Positions 1 through 8,899 of a stretch of 64,000 nucleotides of DNA are shown in pieces. Positions within the stretch are counted from its first letter, which is position 1. Every line of letters begins with the position of its first letter. The translations under genes were made by a program, and so were the position numbers. The stretch is from contig OY762964.1 of the NCBI GenBank assembly GCA_963667035.1, positions 2,944,001 through 3,008,000 of the forward strand, read 5' to 3'. This stretch comes from Candidatus Cloacimonadales bacterium. GTDB taxonomy: Bacteria; Cloacimonadota; Cloacimonadia; Cloacimonadales; JAFGVF01. The notes under the pieces are model-generated. The model made no database searches and had not been told where the DNA came from. It saw only the letters and a list, made by a program, of their open reading frames with translations.

Positions 1-2875
1 ATGGATTGGGATAGACATATACCTCTTCATTCACAAAGATGCTTTTCTGAGAATATCCGTTAACGTTTTCTTTACCTGTGTACGATGCAGTACGTTGTAA
101 GTTTCCATATTCAGCATACCAGTAATCAGTGACATCAATATTTGTATTTTCTATTGCACTTCTGAATATTTTGCCGTTGTCAACTCCTGCCATTATATAT
201 GTATTTCCGGAATTATCTTTATGTAAGAATGGGTATACTCTGCTTCTGTCAGCTAAATTCTTGGGGTATCCCTTCTTTACTTTATAATTATCTTCCCAGA
301 CATACAGTCTATTTAATGAACAATTACCTATAATCTCCAGATTACCATCTCCATCAATATCAAGAGCGATAGCACTACCATTGATGTTCAGCGTATCGGG
401 TATAGCCACTATTTCTTGACCTTGATTTAATAATTGACCATTATATCCGTATACGGCAACTCCATTCTCCCAGCCTGCAATAATATCGAGAGTTCCATTA
501 TTATCCATATCTCCGAAAGAGAGTAAACCGGTTGACTCATTCGAGAGTTCTATAGGAGAATAGTTCCCTTTAGGACCTGTTTTCTCAGTAATATCTATAT
601 AATCACTTTCTCCCCATGCATATACTTTATTCTTACATTGCACAACAAATCTGTCTTCTGATTCGCTACTGTTTATTGTAGCATGGAATAGAGCTATGAC
701 TTCGTCTGTTGGGTTTACTACTGAAACATATTCCAGAGTTCTGTATTCATTATTGTATTCATAAATAACGCTTATTTCTGTATATGTACCTCTATCGATT
801 AGGGCATAGATTTTGTTGTCACTCCATGCAAGATTAGTCATAATAGAATCTTCAAAAGATATGGTATTTTTTATCTCGAAATCTTTATTAAGTATAACTA
901 CACTGCTTCCGGTATTATCCGTATGATTAAAGCCAAGAACATATTCGTTTGGAGTAACTATCGGAGGTCCTACCCAAGAACGGAAATTCTCACTATAAAC
1001 ATAACCGCTGTCAGGGGAGTCATGCTGTAAGTTAAAGAGAGATACAATATTTTCTCCGTATGGTATCAAGACTCGTCTATACTCTTTATCAACAGCATAT
1101 AATTTGTTTATTCTCGATGCTCCACCGGTAGGGAAACCGGGGAATAGTTCCTCGTTTTTCCACATATAAAGAGATCCATTTGGCATTGGATAGAAAATCT
1201 CTTCATTACCATCATTATCATAGTCAAAAGAAGAAGCGGGAATATCATTTACTCCTGTATAGTTAGTTGAAAGACTCCACCTGAATCTGACAGAAAAATA
1301 CATTGTATTACCTTGAGGGCTTATGTCATAGATCTCAAGGGGTACACCACCGTAATAGCTTCCGGCTGTCGGTTGAGAAATTACTCCATTGATGCTGTTA
1401 AACCCAAAATAGTCATTGTTCCCAGCTCTAAAACTGTCAAATGGACCACCGTACATATTAGGGTCAATTACGGCTGTGTCCAGGTTTTGTACTCCATCAG
1501 CTTCTTCAAGGTCTACTCCTTTGTGAGTTGCTATAGCGTTCACATGATTAACTTCATAATCAGGAGTAAAGAATTCATTAATTATAAGTTCATCTATATG
1601 CCAAACAAAGATTCCGCTATTATCTTGGAATGCATTACCAACTGCCGGGCCGCCTAGTCCCGGTAAAGCAATATCCCATTCGCAACCTTTGTATCTGTTT
1701 TCCATAAACATGAATTTAGGTTGTAACGGTGCATCCGGGTGATCCGGATCGGGAGGATAGTACTCTTGACCGTCAACAAGCTCAAAACTGAAAGAAGCAA
1801 TGCCATTATGAAAACTTCTATCAGGATTCTGTGAACGGCATTCTATTAAAAAATACTCTGTATCTGAGATTGGTATTTTATAAAGCTTCGGATTAATAGC
1901 ATTAATGTCAAGAATCTGGTCAATGTATACTTGTTCTTGATTAACTGTTAGCTCAACAGTGTTTTCCCAACCCAGATAATATCTGCACCAAGCTGAAGGT
2001 AGTGCCGGGATATAGCCGTTTCCGTTCCAAGAGCCACTTCCCATAATACCATAGTTTCCTATACCTTGGGACTTACCATTAGAGCTTACATTATCAAATA
2101 GAGTTGGTAATCCGAGTAGTTTGCCAAACTGATGAAGAACAACTCCGTAATTGCTAAATAGATAAGTGCTTGCTTCAGGTCCTTCAGTTGGGAAGTAATC
2201 TTGAAATTCTGATTCCGCCACAACTGCAAGTTCATTAATATAAACACCGTCATTGGTTAGTAACCCTTGATAGTCTTCATTATCAGGGTCGTTTACTTCT
2301 CTTAAATCTTTTTTACTAAGGAATGTGCTCCAGATTTCATCTGTTCTGATTCCATCGGTATCAGACTCTTGCCCTTGACCTGCATAAATAGCCATTAGAC
2401 CATCATATTCGGAAAAATCAATATCATCGTCTGTTTGCTCAAGGAGGTCTTCAAAGAATTGTACCATTCTTTCGTCATTGTTAGAGTCTCTACCATATTC
2501 TGCATAATTTCTGGGCATTATCACATTATGCTCGTAAAGACGGATATTTTCATAAAGCTCATAATTACCGTGTGAAGCATCACTCCAGTAATCCGAAACA
2601 TGAAGCATTAGCCTTTTGAAGTAACTATAATCGTGCGGTAAATAGTCAGGATAAGCCGATTCTTGAATAAATTGCTTATCGGGAAATTCTACAAGGAATA
2701 CCAGAATTGTTTCAGGTAACGGATCAGACTGTGATTTCTTTTGTAAATCAAATCTTTCTGATACCGAATTCTGTTTATAAGGGATTTCTCCTTTGTAAAG
2801 AGGATGTGGCGGGACAATTGCCACTAACAGAAGCCCTATGCTTAAAAACAGAATCGGAATAAATAATCTTTTCAT
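1..2875 (-). CDS. Secreted immune-inhibitor-A (M6) peptidase-like protein with FG-GAP/VCBS-like repeats and start of a C-terminal sorting domain; partial, runs off the left edge
   Basis: Not in the ORF track; translated by hand from ATG at 2875 (MKRLFIPILFLSIGLLLVAIVPPHP...). Signal peptide, M6-like segments (ILVFLVEFPD, IYAGQGQE, HQFGKLLGLPTLFD, GNYGIMGSGSWNG, PSAWCRYYLGW, EYFLIECR, GIFVWHIDE), repeat-like GDMDNNGTLDII, and VYVYPNP in the same frame at the window edge. Confidence 0.8.
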   Translation of the reverse strand, partial: MKRLFIPILFLSIGLLLVAIVPPHPLYKGEIPYKQNSVSERFDLQKKSQSDPLPETILVFLVEFPDKQFIQESAYPDYLPHDYSYFKRLMLHVSDYWSDASHGNYELYENIRLYEHNVIMPRNYAEYGRDSNNDERMVQFFEDLLEQTDDDIDFSEYDGLMAIYAGQGQESDTDGIRTDEIWSTFLSKKDLREVNDPDNEDYQGLLTNDGVYINELAVVAESEFQDYFPTEGPEASTYLFSNYGVVLHQFGKLLGLPTLFDNVSSNGKSQGIGNYGIMGSGSWNGNGYIPALPSAWCRYYLGWENTVELTVNQEQVYIDQILDINAINPKLYKIPISDTEYFLIECRSQNPDRSFHNGIASFSFELVDGQEYYPPDPDHPDAPLQPKFMFMENRYKGCEWDIALPGLGGPAVGNAFQDNSGIFVWHIDELIINEFFTPDYEVNHVNAIATHKGVDLEEADGVQNLDTAVIDPNMYGGPFDSFRAGNNDYFGFNSINGVISQPTAGSYYGGVPLEIYDISPQGNTMYFSVRFRWSLSTNYTGVNDIPASSFDYDNDGNEEIFYPMPNGSLYMWKNEELFPGFPTGGASRINKLYAVDKEYRRVLIPYGENIVSLFNLQHDSPDSGYVYSENFRSWVGPPIVTPNEYVLGFNHTDNTGSSVVILNKDFEIKNTISFEDSIMTNLAWSDNKIYALIDRGTYTEISVIYEYNNEYRTLEYVSVVNPTDEVIALFHATINSSESEDRFVVQCKNKVYAWGESDYIDITEKTGPKGNYSPIELSNESTGLLSFGDMDNNGTLDIIAGWENGVAVYGYNGQLLNQGQEIVAIPDTLNINGSAIALDIDGDGNLEIIGNCSLNRLYVWEDNYKVKKGYPKNLADRSRVYPFLHKDNSGNTYIMAGVDNGKIFRSAIENTNIDVTDYWYAEYGNLQRTASYTGKENVNGYSQKSIFVNEEVYVYPNP

Positions 2876-3202
2876 AACTTCTCCGAGTGTAATAATTCTC
2901 TATAAATAAAAAAGAAAAGAATAAATTCCGATAATATCTCCTATAATATATACTGATAAGTAATGATTTATCTTTAACTGATAATGGTCAAGTTTTTTGT
3001 CTGTTTTCAAATCATATTACCAATAATTAACTTATCCTTTTTCTTACTCTTCATTAATAAATATATTAATCCACATGTCAATTCCAAATATGCTATATTC
3101 ATGATTAATACATTCAGGAAACAAAATCTTACTAATCAATTGAATTCTTAGCTTAACTTTTCTTTTCTAATCTTAAAGGTATAACACTCATGTTATTTCA
3201 GC

Positions 3203-3242
3203 TTAACACATTATTAACACATAATCAACAAAGTTGTCAACA
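3203..3242 (+). promoter_or_regulatory. Putative Pho-box-like direct repeat array upstream of the Na/Pi cotransporter
   Basis: TTAACA at 3203 and 3214, TCAACA at 3225 (11-bp spacing) and TCAACA at 3237. Confidence 0.5.
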
Positions 3243-3406
3243 TGTATTATAGCAGTCACTTATCCGAATAAGAACTGCATAAATATCTTAACTTTCTTAA
3301 CAATGGTAATTTTCAGTTTGACTATGTAGTCCTTTCATATACTAATGTTAACATTATGTTTGCTATTGGTTAAGTATCTGTAAATAGTAACCCCTAAAAA
3401 CAAAAA

Positions 3407-5101
3407 GTGAGTGAGGAAACTACATTGATTGGAAACATCATTCAGTCACTATTCCATATCTTGGGAGCACTAGGTGTTTTCTTGTTTGGAATGCATGTAA
3501 TGAGTAACGCAATCCAGAAGGTTGCGGGTAACAGAATGAAATCAATTCTAGGTTACATGACAAAGAATAGGTATATCGCTGTAATGACGGGTTTTATGAT
3601 TACAGCTTTAATCCAGTCTTCGTCAGCAACAACCGTGTTAGTTGTTAGCTTTGTTAATGCGGCCTTATTGAACCTTACGCAGGCAATCGGAGTTATAATG
3701 GGTGCCAATATCGGTACTACCGTTACAACATGGATTGTTTCTTTTATAGGTTTTAAGTTTAAAATATCAGCAATAAGTCTCCCGATTATCGGTGTTGGAT
3801 TACCTTTACTCTTCTCTAAAAGAGGTAAAAGTAAAGATTGGGGAGAAGTACTTATTGGTTTTGGACTCCTGTTCCTCGGGTTAGCTTTTCTTAAAGATTC
3901 AGTACCCGATATCAAGGCTCATCCGGAAGTTCTGGCTTTTGTATCAAACTGGACAGGAAAGGGCTTCTTATCGTATCTTATCTTTGTTACAATCGGCTCA
4001 ATTCTGACAGTTATTGTTCAATCTTCCAGTGCTGCAATGGCAATTACGGTTACTATGGCTTATAAGGGTTGGATTGATTTCCCGACTGCTGCTGCCGTTG
4101 TACTTGGAGAGAATATCGGAACAACGGTTACTGCCTATCTTGCATCCCTGGGAACGACAGTAAATGCAAGAAGAGCGGCAAGGGCTCACTTTATTTTTAA
4201 TGTGTTTGGTGTCGTCTGGATAAGTTTTGTTTTCAAATGGTTCTTACAGCTGGTTTTAAAACTCACTCCTTGGGATGAGACTATTGCAACAAATCTCCCG
4301 CTAAACCTATCTCTATTCCACACTCTTTTTAATATTACCAACACATTTTTTTGTATCTGGTTTGTTAAATACTTTGCAATCATTGTTGAGAAGCTTGTTA
4401 AACCCGGTAAAGCCGACGAGGAATCTGTACAATATTCTCTGCAATATCTGAATTCCGGTATTGTCGATACGGCTGGATTGAATATTGAAACAGCCAGACT
4501 TGAGATAAACAAGATGGCAGAGATAGTGGAAGAAGCATTCAATAACTGTATTAGCCTTTTCTCCAATCCTCAAAAGAAGATGGGGGATGTTGCTAAAAAG
4601 GTACGTAGGGCTGAAGAGCTGACAGACGTTATGAACGAAGAGATTTGTGCTTATCTTATTCAATGCTCCAAGCATACCGTGAACGATCAGGAAACTCTTA
4701 ACATTAATGCTATGATTCGTATCACAAGTGAACTTGAAAGCATAGCCGATAGTATTTTCCGTCTTTTACTCCTGTTCCAAAAGATGTATGATAGAAAGCT
4801 AAATCTTCCTGCAAAGGAGATGAAAGAGATTGAGGATTTTGCAGATATTATCAAACGTTTCATAGAATTCTATAAATCGCATCTTATTGAGCATATCACA
4901 AAGACAGATTTCAGACTTGCCAATGAGCTTGAGACGAAAGTCGATATGTCTCGCGATACTTTAAAGAAAGCTGCCAGATCAAGACTAAAAGAGGGTGCAG
5001 ATGTGTATACAGGGATTTTATATATTGATATTCTCAAGCACATGGAACATATCGGTGACTATGCTTTAAACATTTCTGAAGCACTTAGAACTTATAATTA
5101 A
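3407..5101 (+). CDS. Na/Pi cotransporter family protein with C-terminal PhoU-like domain
   Basis: Duplicated QSSS motifs (IQSSSATT, VQSSSAA), GANIGTT/GENIGTT, and a helical C-terminus with EHIGDYALNI. Confidence 0.93.
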   Translation: MSEETTLIGNIIQSLFHILGALGVFLFGMHVMSNAIQKVAGNRMKSILGYMTKNRYIAVMTGFMITALIQSSSATTVLVVSFVNAALLNLTQAIGVIMGANIGTTVTTWIVSFIGFKFKISAISLPIIGVGLPLLFSKRGKSKDWGEVLIGFGLLFLGLAFLKDSVPDIKAHPEVLAFVSNWTGKGFLSYLIFVTIGSILTVIVQSSSAAMAITVTMAYKGWIDFPTAAAVVLGENIGTTVTAYLASLGTTVNARRAARAHFIFNVFGVVWISFVFKWFLQLVLKLTPWDETIATNLPLNLSLFHTLFNITNTFFCIWFVKYFAIIVEKLVKPGKADEESVQYSLQYLNSGIVDTAGLNIETARLEINKMAEIVEEAFNNCISLFSNPQKKMGDVAKKVRRAEELTDVMNEEICAYLIQCSKHTVNDQETLNINAMIRITSELESIADSIFRLLLLFQKMYDRKLNLPAKEMKEIEDFADIIKRFIEFYKSHLIEHITKTDFRLANELETKVDMSRDTLKKAARSRLKEGADVYTGILYIDILKHMEHIGDYALNISEALRTYN

Positions 5102-5118
5102 TAAAAAGAAGATAAACA

Positions 5119-5152
5119 AAAAGCCCCGATTTCTTAGGAATTAGGGGCTTTT
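5119..5152. terminator. Bidirectional intrinsic terminator between convergent Na/Pi cotransporter and hsdR
   Basis: aaaagcccc...ggggctttt inverted repeat with A/T tracts on both sides. Confidence 0.75.
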
Positions 5153-5201
5153 CTGTTTTTATAGTATCAATTATTTATGGCTATACCATATTATCTTTAA
5201 T

Positions 5202-8069
5202 CTACCTTACACTTATACCTGTAAAGAATGTCTCCACATAACTAAGGATTTTACTCGTAACTCTCTCCGCTACATTTTTTCGCTCTTTTAACTTTGGTCT
5301 TTGATTCATTGTTGCAATTATATCATCTCTAAGCGGTTCTTTCTCTGTAAAGATGTAATTACTTATCAACTCATTCAATTTATTGTTATCCAATCCCTCT
5401 GTTTTACTTAGTTCGTAAATCGCCTTCTCTTTTTCTTGCTCTACAAATGCTTCGAACTCATCAGGGATTGAGTCTGAGTCAGTTATAAATGGTAAGTTTT
5501 CTTGGATAAACTTCTCTATCAACTCTCGCTTACTTCTGAGAGTTGTTTCACTGGCAAGTAAATCGGTAACGGCATTACGCTGTTTCTCTTGTTCTTCTTT
5601 AGGGGCATCTTTCAGTTTAGCCAATAGTTTCAGTATATATGCAACATTAATCTCGTCTCGATGTATTAGTTCCAATTCAAAGTCAATATCCTCTAATATC
5701 GAAAACTTCTCAACTTCATGTGATGATTTTGCTTTATCATAAAGGTCAAGATATTTGGATTTATAATCCTCAAAGGTTTGATGAGTCATTGAAAGGTCAT
5801 TCCAGTTAAACTCAGTAAAAGTAGTGAGTACATTTTTTAATCGCATTAGCTCTCTAAATGCTTTAATAAACTCTAATTCCTCTTCCTCGTCTTTGAGGTT
5901 ACTGACGCTATTAACAGTCGGTGTTATTTGAAGTATTGTTATAAATGCTTTGTTAAAAATCTCAACATACTCATCATAAGGTTTTATCACAATCTCAGCA
6001 TCATTATCTTTCGTTGAGAACATTTGTATTGCTTCATCTGTTGCAATTTTCAGGTTTCTGAAACAGACTATATTACCTTGTGATTTTGTGTCATTGATAA
6101 TTCTATTTGTTCGTGAATATGCCTGTATCAATCCGTGATATCTTAGATTCTTATCAACATAAAGTGTATTAAGTGTCTTGCAATCAAATCCGGTAAGGAA
6201 CATATTTACAACAAGTAGGACATCAATTTGTTTCTGCTTAACTCGCTTTGCTACATCATTGTAGTAGTTAAAGAAGCTTTGACTGTCCTTAGTAGTGAAG
6301 TTAGTACTATATTGCCTATTGTAATGTCCTATAAACTCTTCCAAACTATCTCGCGAATGTTTAGAGTTATAGATATAGTAGTCCTCGGCAGCCCTTTGTT
6401 CTTTCTCTGCTTGGAACTCATCGTCAATAAAAGCACTACCAATTGCATCTTTATCATCCTCATTTGTCTTATAAGTGAAGATTGTAGCTATTCTAAGCTT
6501 ATGCAGTCCTTCTTCTCTCTTCTGTAGGAACAGCTTATAATACTCAATCAAAGCAGGTATACTTGAAACGGCAAAGATACTTGTAAACTCTTGATTATGA
6601 GTCTTGCGTTTATGGTTCGTAATTATGTAGTCGGTAATCTTATCCAAGCGTATTGGTGATTGCATTACTTCAGCTCTATTGATGTCTTCAACACTTATAT
6701 CTACAATCTTATCCTTCATCTTGAAAGTTCTTATATATTCTACAGAGAATTTAAGAACATTCTCATCTCTTATTGCGTCAGTGATTACATATTGATGAAG
6801 GCATTCAGTAAATAGAGTTGCAGTGGTTCGTTTCCCATATTCATTTGTTCCTGCATTCTTAGTAAAGATAGGGGTTCCCGTAAAGCCAAACATCTGAGCT
6901 TTTCTGAAGAATTCTTTTATCGCTTCATGGGTTCTACCAAACTGTGAACGATGGCACTCGTCAAAGATAAACACAATCCGTTTCTCTTTGAGGGGTTCCA
7001 TTCTTTTCAAGTAGTGTTTCTTGCTAATTGCGTTGTTCAGTTTTTGGATAGTAGTAACAATCAGCTTTTCATCACCCGCCATCTGCTTAACAAGAGTGTT
7101 AGTATTATTAGTACTATCAATACAGCCTTTATTGAAAGCGTTAAACTCTTTGGTTGTCTGGTAATCTAAATCACGTCTATCAACAACAAACACAACCTTA
7201 TGTATTTTGGGTAAGCTTGTCAGTATTTGTGCTGTTTTAAATGAAGTAAGAGTTTTGCCTGAACCGGTTGTATGCCAGATATACCCGTTTTTAGTAGTGC
7301 ATTTAACTCTTTCAATTATCTTCTCAACTGCATAGAACTGATAAGGTCTAAGCACCATTAATACCCTGTCCGATTCATGAATAACGATATACTTGGTTAT
7401 CATCTTAGAGATGTGGCAAGGTTCTAAGAAGATATTAGCAAAGTCAGAGAGCTGTGGTATATGCTTATTATTCTCATCACTCCAGTAGAAAGTTTGTTTA
7501 AATGACCTTGCTTTTATCGGATTATTAGCATAATACTTTGTATTTACACCATTACTAATCACAAATATCTGTAGAAACTGGAACAATCCATGTCCTGCCC
7601 AGAAAGAATGGCGTTGATATCTATTAGTTTGATTGAAAGCTTCTTTCAGTTCAAGCCCACGCCGCTTAAGCTCTATCTGTACAAGTGGTAATCCATTAAT
7701 GAGGATAGTGACATCATACCGATTCTTAAACTTACCTTCCATCGTTACCTGACGAGTAACCTGAAACTCGTTCTGACACCAATGGATTTGATTGATAAGC
7801 TCAATCGTCTTTGACTCACCTTTGTCATTTGTATATGGAACTCTATCACGCAAAATCTTAGCTCTATTAAAGATATTACCCTTGTTAATGTAGTTCAAGA
7901 TTTGTTTAAACTCATTATCGGAGAGCTCAACCTTATTGTGAATCTCTAGTTGAGACTTAAGGTTAGCTATAAGCTCTTTTTCGTCTCGAATCGCAATGCT
8001 CTTATATCCCAACTCTACGAGTTGCTTAATAAGGTTCTCTTCTAATATCTGTTCAGGTTGTGTGTTCAT
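5202..8069 (-). CDS. hsdR: Type I restriction endonuclease subunit R
   Basis: Nuclease motif RYDVTILINGLPLVQIELK, Walker A HTTGSGKT, DECH box, GFTGTP, QAYSRTNR. Likely start MNTQPEQ at 8069; the extra 54 codons in the ORF track are mostly translated REP DNA. Confidence 0.96.
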   Translation of the reverse strand: MNTQPEQILEENLIKQLVELGYKSIAIRDEKELIANLKSQLEIHNKVELSDNEFKQILNYINKGNIFNRAKILRDRVPYTNDKGESKTIELINQIHWCQNEFQVTRQVTMEGKFKNRYDVTILINGLPLVQIELKRRGLELKEAFNQTNRYQRHSFWAGHGLFQFLQIFVISNGVNTKYYANNPIKARSFKQTFYWSDENNKHIPQLSDFANIFLEPCHISKMITKYIVIHESDRVLMVLRPYQFYAVEKIIERVKCTTKNGYIWHTTGSGKTLTSFKTAQILTSLPKIHKVVFVVDRRDLDYQTTKEFNAFNKGCIDSTNNTNTLVKQMAGDEKLIVTTIQKLNNAISKKHYLKRMEPLKEKRIVFIFDECHRSQFGRTHEAIKEFFRKAQMFGFTGTPIFTKNAGTNEYGKRTTATLFTECLHQYVITDAIRDENVLKFSVEYIRTFKMKDKIVDISVEDINRAEVMQSPIRLDKITDYIITNHKRKTHNQEFTSIFAVSSIPALIEYYKLFLQKREEGLHKLRIATIFTYKTNEDDKDAIGSAFIDDEFQAEKEQRAAEDYYIYNSKHSRDSLEEFIGHYNRQYSTNFTTKDSQSFFNYYNDVAKRVKQKQIDVLLVVNMFLTGFDCKTLNTLYVDKNLRYHGLIQAYSRTNRIINDTKSQGNIVCFRNLKIATDEAIQMFSTKDNDAEIVIKPYDEYVEIFNKAFITILQITPTVNSVSNLKDEEEELEFIKAFRELMRLKNVLTTFTEFNWNDLSMTHQTFEDYKSKYLDLYDKAKSSHEVEKFSILEDIDFELELIHRDEINVAYILKLLAKLKDAPKEEQEKQRNAVTDLLASETTLRSKRELIEKFIQENLPFITDSDSIPDEFEAFVEQEKEKAIYELSKTEGLDNNKLNELISNYIFTEKEPLRDDIIATMNQRPKLKERKNVAERVTSKILSYVETFFTGISVR

Positions 8070-8085
8070 ATATCTCTCTTTTTTT

Positions 8086-8203
8086 ACTGGGTACGCCGGC
8101 ATCCTGCCGGCACCACTGGGTTCGCGAACATCCCTGTTCGCTCTCCTCCCGGCAAGATGCCGGGGCACCCGGTTAATGCGAGCTGGAAGCTCGCGTACCC
8201 GGT
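8086..8203 (+). repeat. REP module copy A (118 bp, four hairpins, ACTGGGTACGC...GCGTACCCGGT ends)
   Basis: Hairpins GCCGGCA-tcc-TGCCGGC, GCGAACA-tccc-TGTTCGC, CCCGGCA-aga-TGCCGGG, GCGAGCT-gga-AGCTCGC; 112/118 identical to 8777-8894. Confidence 0.9.
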
Positions 8204-8742
8204 CACAATAACTGCCTTCTATTCTTCTCAATATATTCTATAGTCGCTTGATAATGCTTATCATCTCTAATGTACCTATCATAGTAATCCCTCATCCAGA
8301 AAGCTCCATGTCGTTTTAACACCTTATTAGCTTCATTTGCAGTAAAAGATTTCCACGAATGTACAATCTTTGTCAAACTATAATTAGGGTTAACTCTAAT
8401 CAATACATGCACATGATTAGGCATTACAACCCAATCTATTAACTCATACTTATCTTTATCATGAAACTTTAAAGCATTCTCTACAATCTTAGCTATTTCG
8501 TTACTCTTAAGATAGCAAGCCCCATAACCTTTATCTAAGAACTTAATAATCTTCTTTTGAAGTTTAATATACTCTTCAGAGCCTTTTAGAGTATCGTCAG
8601 TAATAAACAGCTCATCCTTCCAGCTTTGGATTAAATCATTAGGTACAGAGTCATGTAATCGGAAAGTAATAAACTGATAAATCTCGCCACCATCGAAGTG
8701 GGGTGCATATCCTCTGGAGTGCCATCCCTTCAATTCATCCAT
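8203..8742 (-). CDS. REP-associated tyrosine transposase (RAYT, IS200-like Y1 HUH transposase)
   Basis: FITFRLHDS, HUH motif in VVMPNHVHVL, SWKSFTA, FWMRDYYDRYIRD, putative catalytic Tyr in EYIEKN; flanked on both sides by REP modules. Confidence 0.92.
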   Translation of the reverse strand: MDELKGWHSRGYAPHFDGGEIYQFITFRLHDSVPNDLIQSWKDELFITDDTLKGSEEYIKLQKKIIKFLDKGYGACYLKSNEIAKIVENALKFHDKDKYELIDWVVMPNHVHVLIRVNPNYSLTKIVHSWKSFTANEANKVLKRHGAFWMRDYYDRYIRDDKHYQATIEYIEKNRRQLL

Positions 8743-8762
8743 TTATTACCTCCTTTTTACTC

Positions 8763-8894
8763 ACTGGGTACGCTTCACTGGGTACGTCGGCATCTTGCTG
8801 GCACCACTGGGTTCGCGAACATCCCTGTTCGCTCTCCTCCCGGCAGGATGCCGGGGTACCCGGTTATTGCGAGCTGGAAGCTCGCGTACCCGGT
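8763..8894 (+). repeat. REP module copy B (8777-8894) plus an extra partial ACTGGGTACGCTTC leader
   Basis: Direct repeat of copy A with 6 mismatches; lies between the hsdS stop codon and the RAYT start. Confidence 0.9.
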
Positions 8895-8899
8895 ATAAC

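Noticed and set aside
1313..1657. 114-aa plus-strand ORF
   Set aside because: Antisense shadow of the long minus-strand M6-like gene.
8070..8231. 54-codon N-terminal extension of HsdR in the ORF track
   Set aside because: It is mostly translated REP module A; the typical HsdR start MNTQPEQ at 8069 has a purine-rich RBS.
8086..8894. Hairpin repeats as a possible CRISPR array
   Set aside because: No constant repeat with unique spacers of regular length and no cas genes; the adjacent RAYT explains them.
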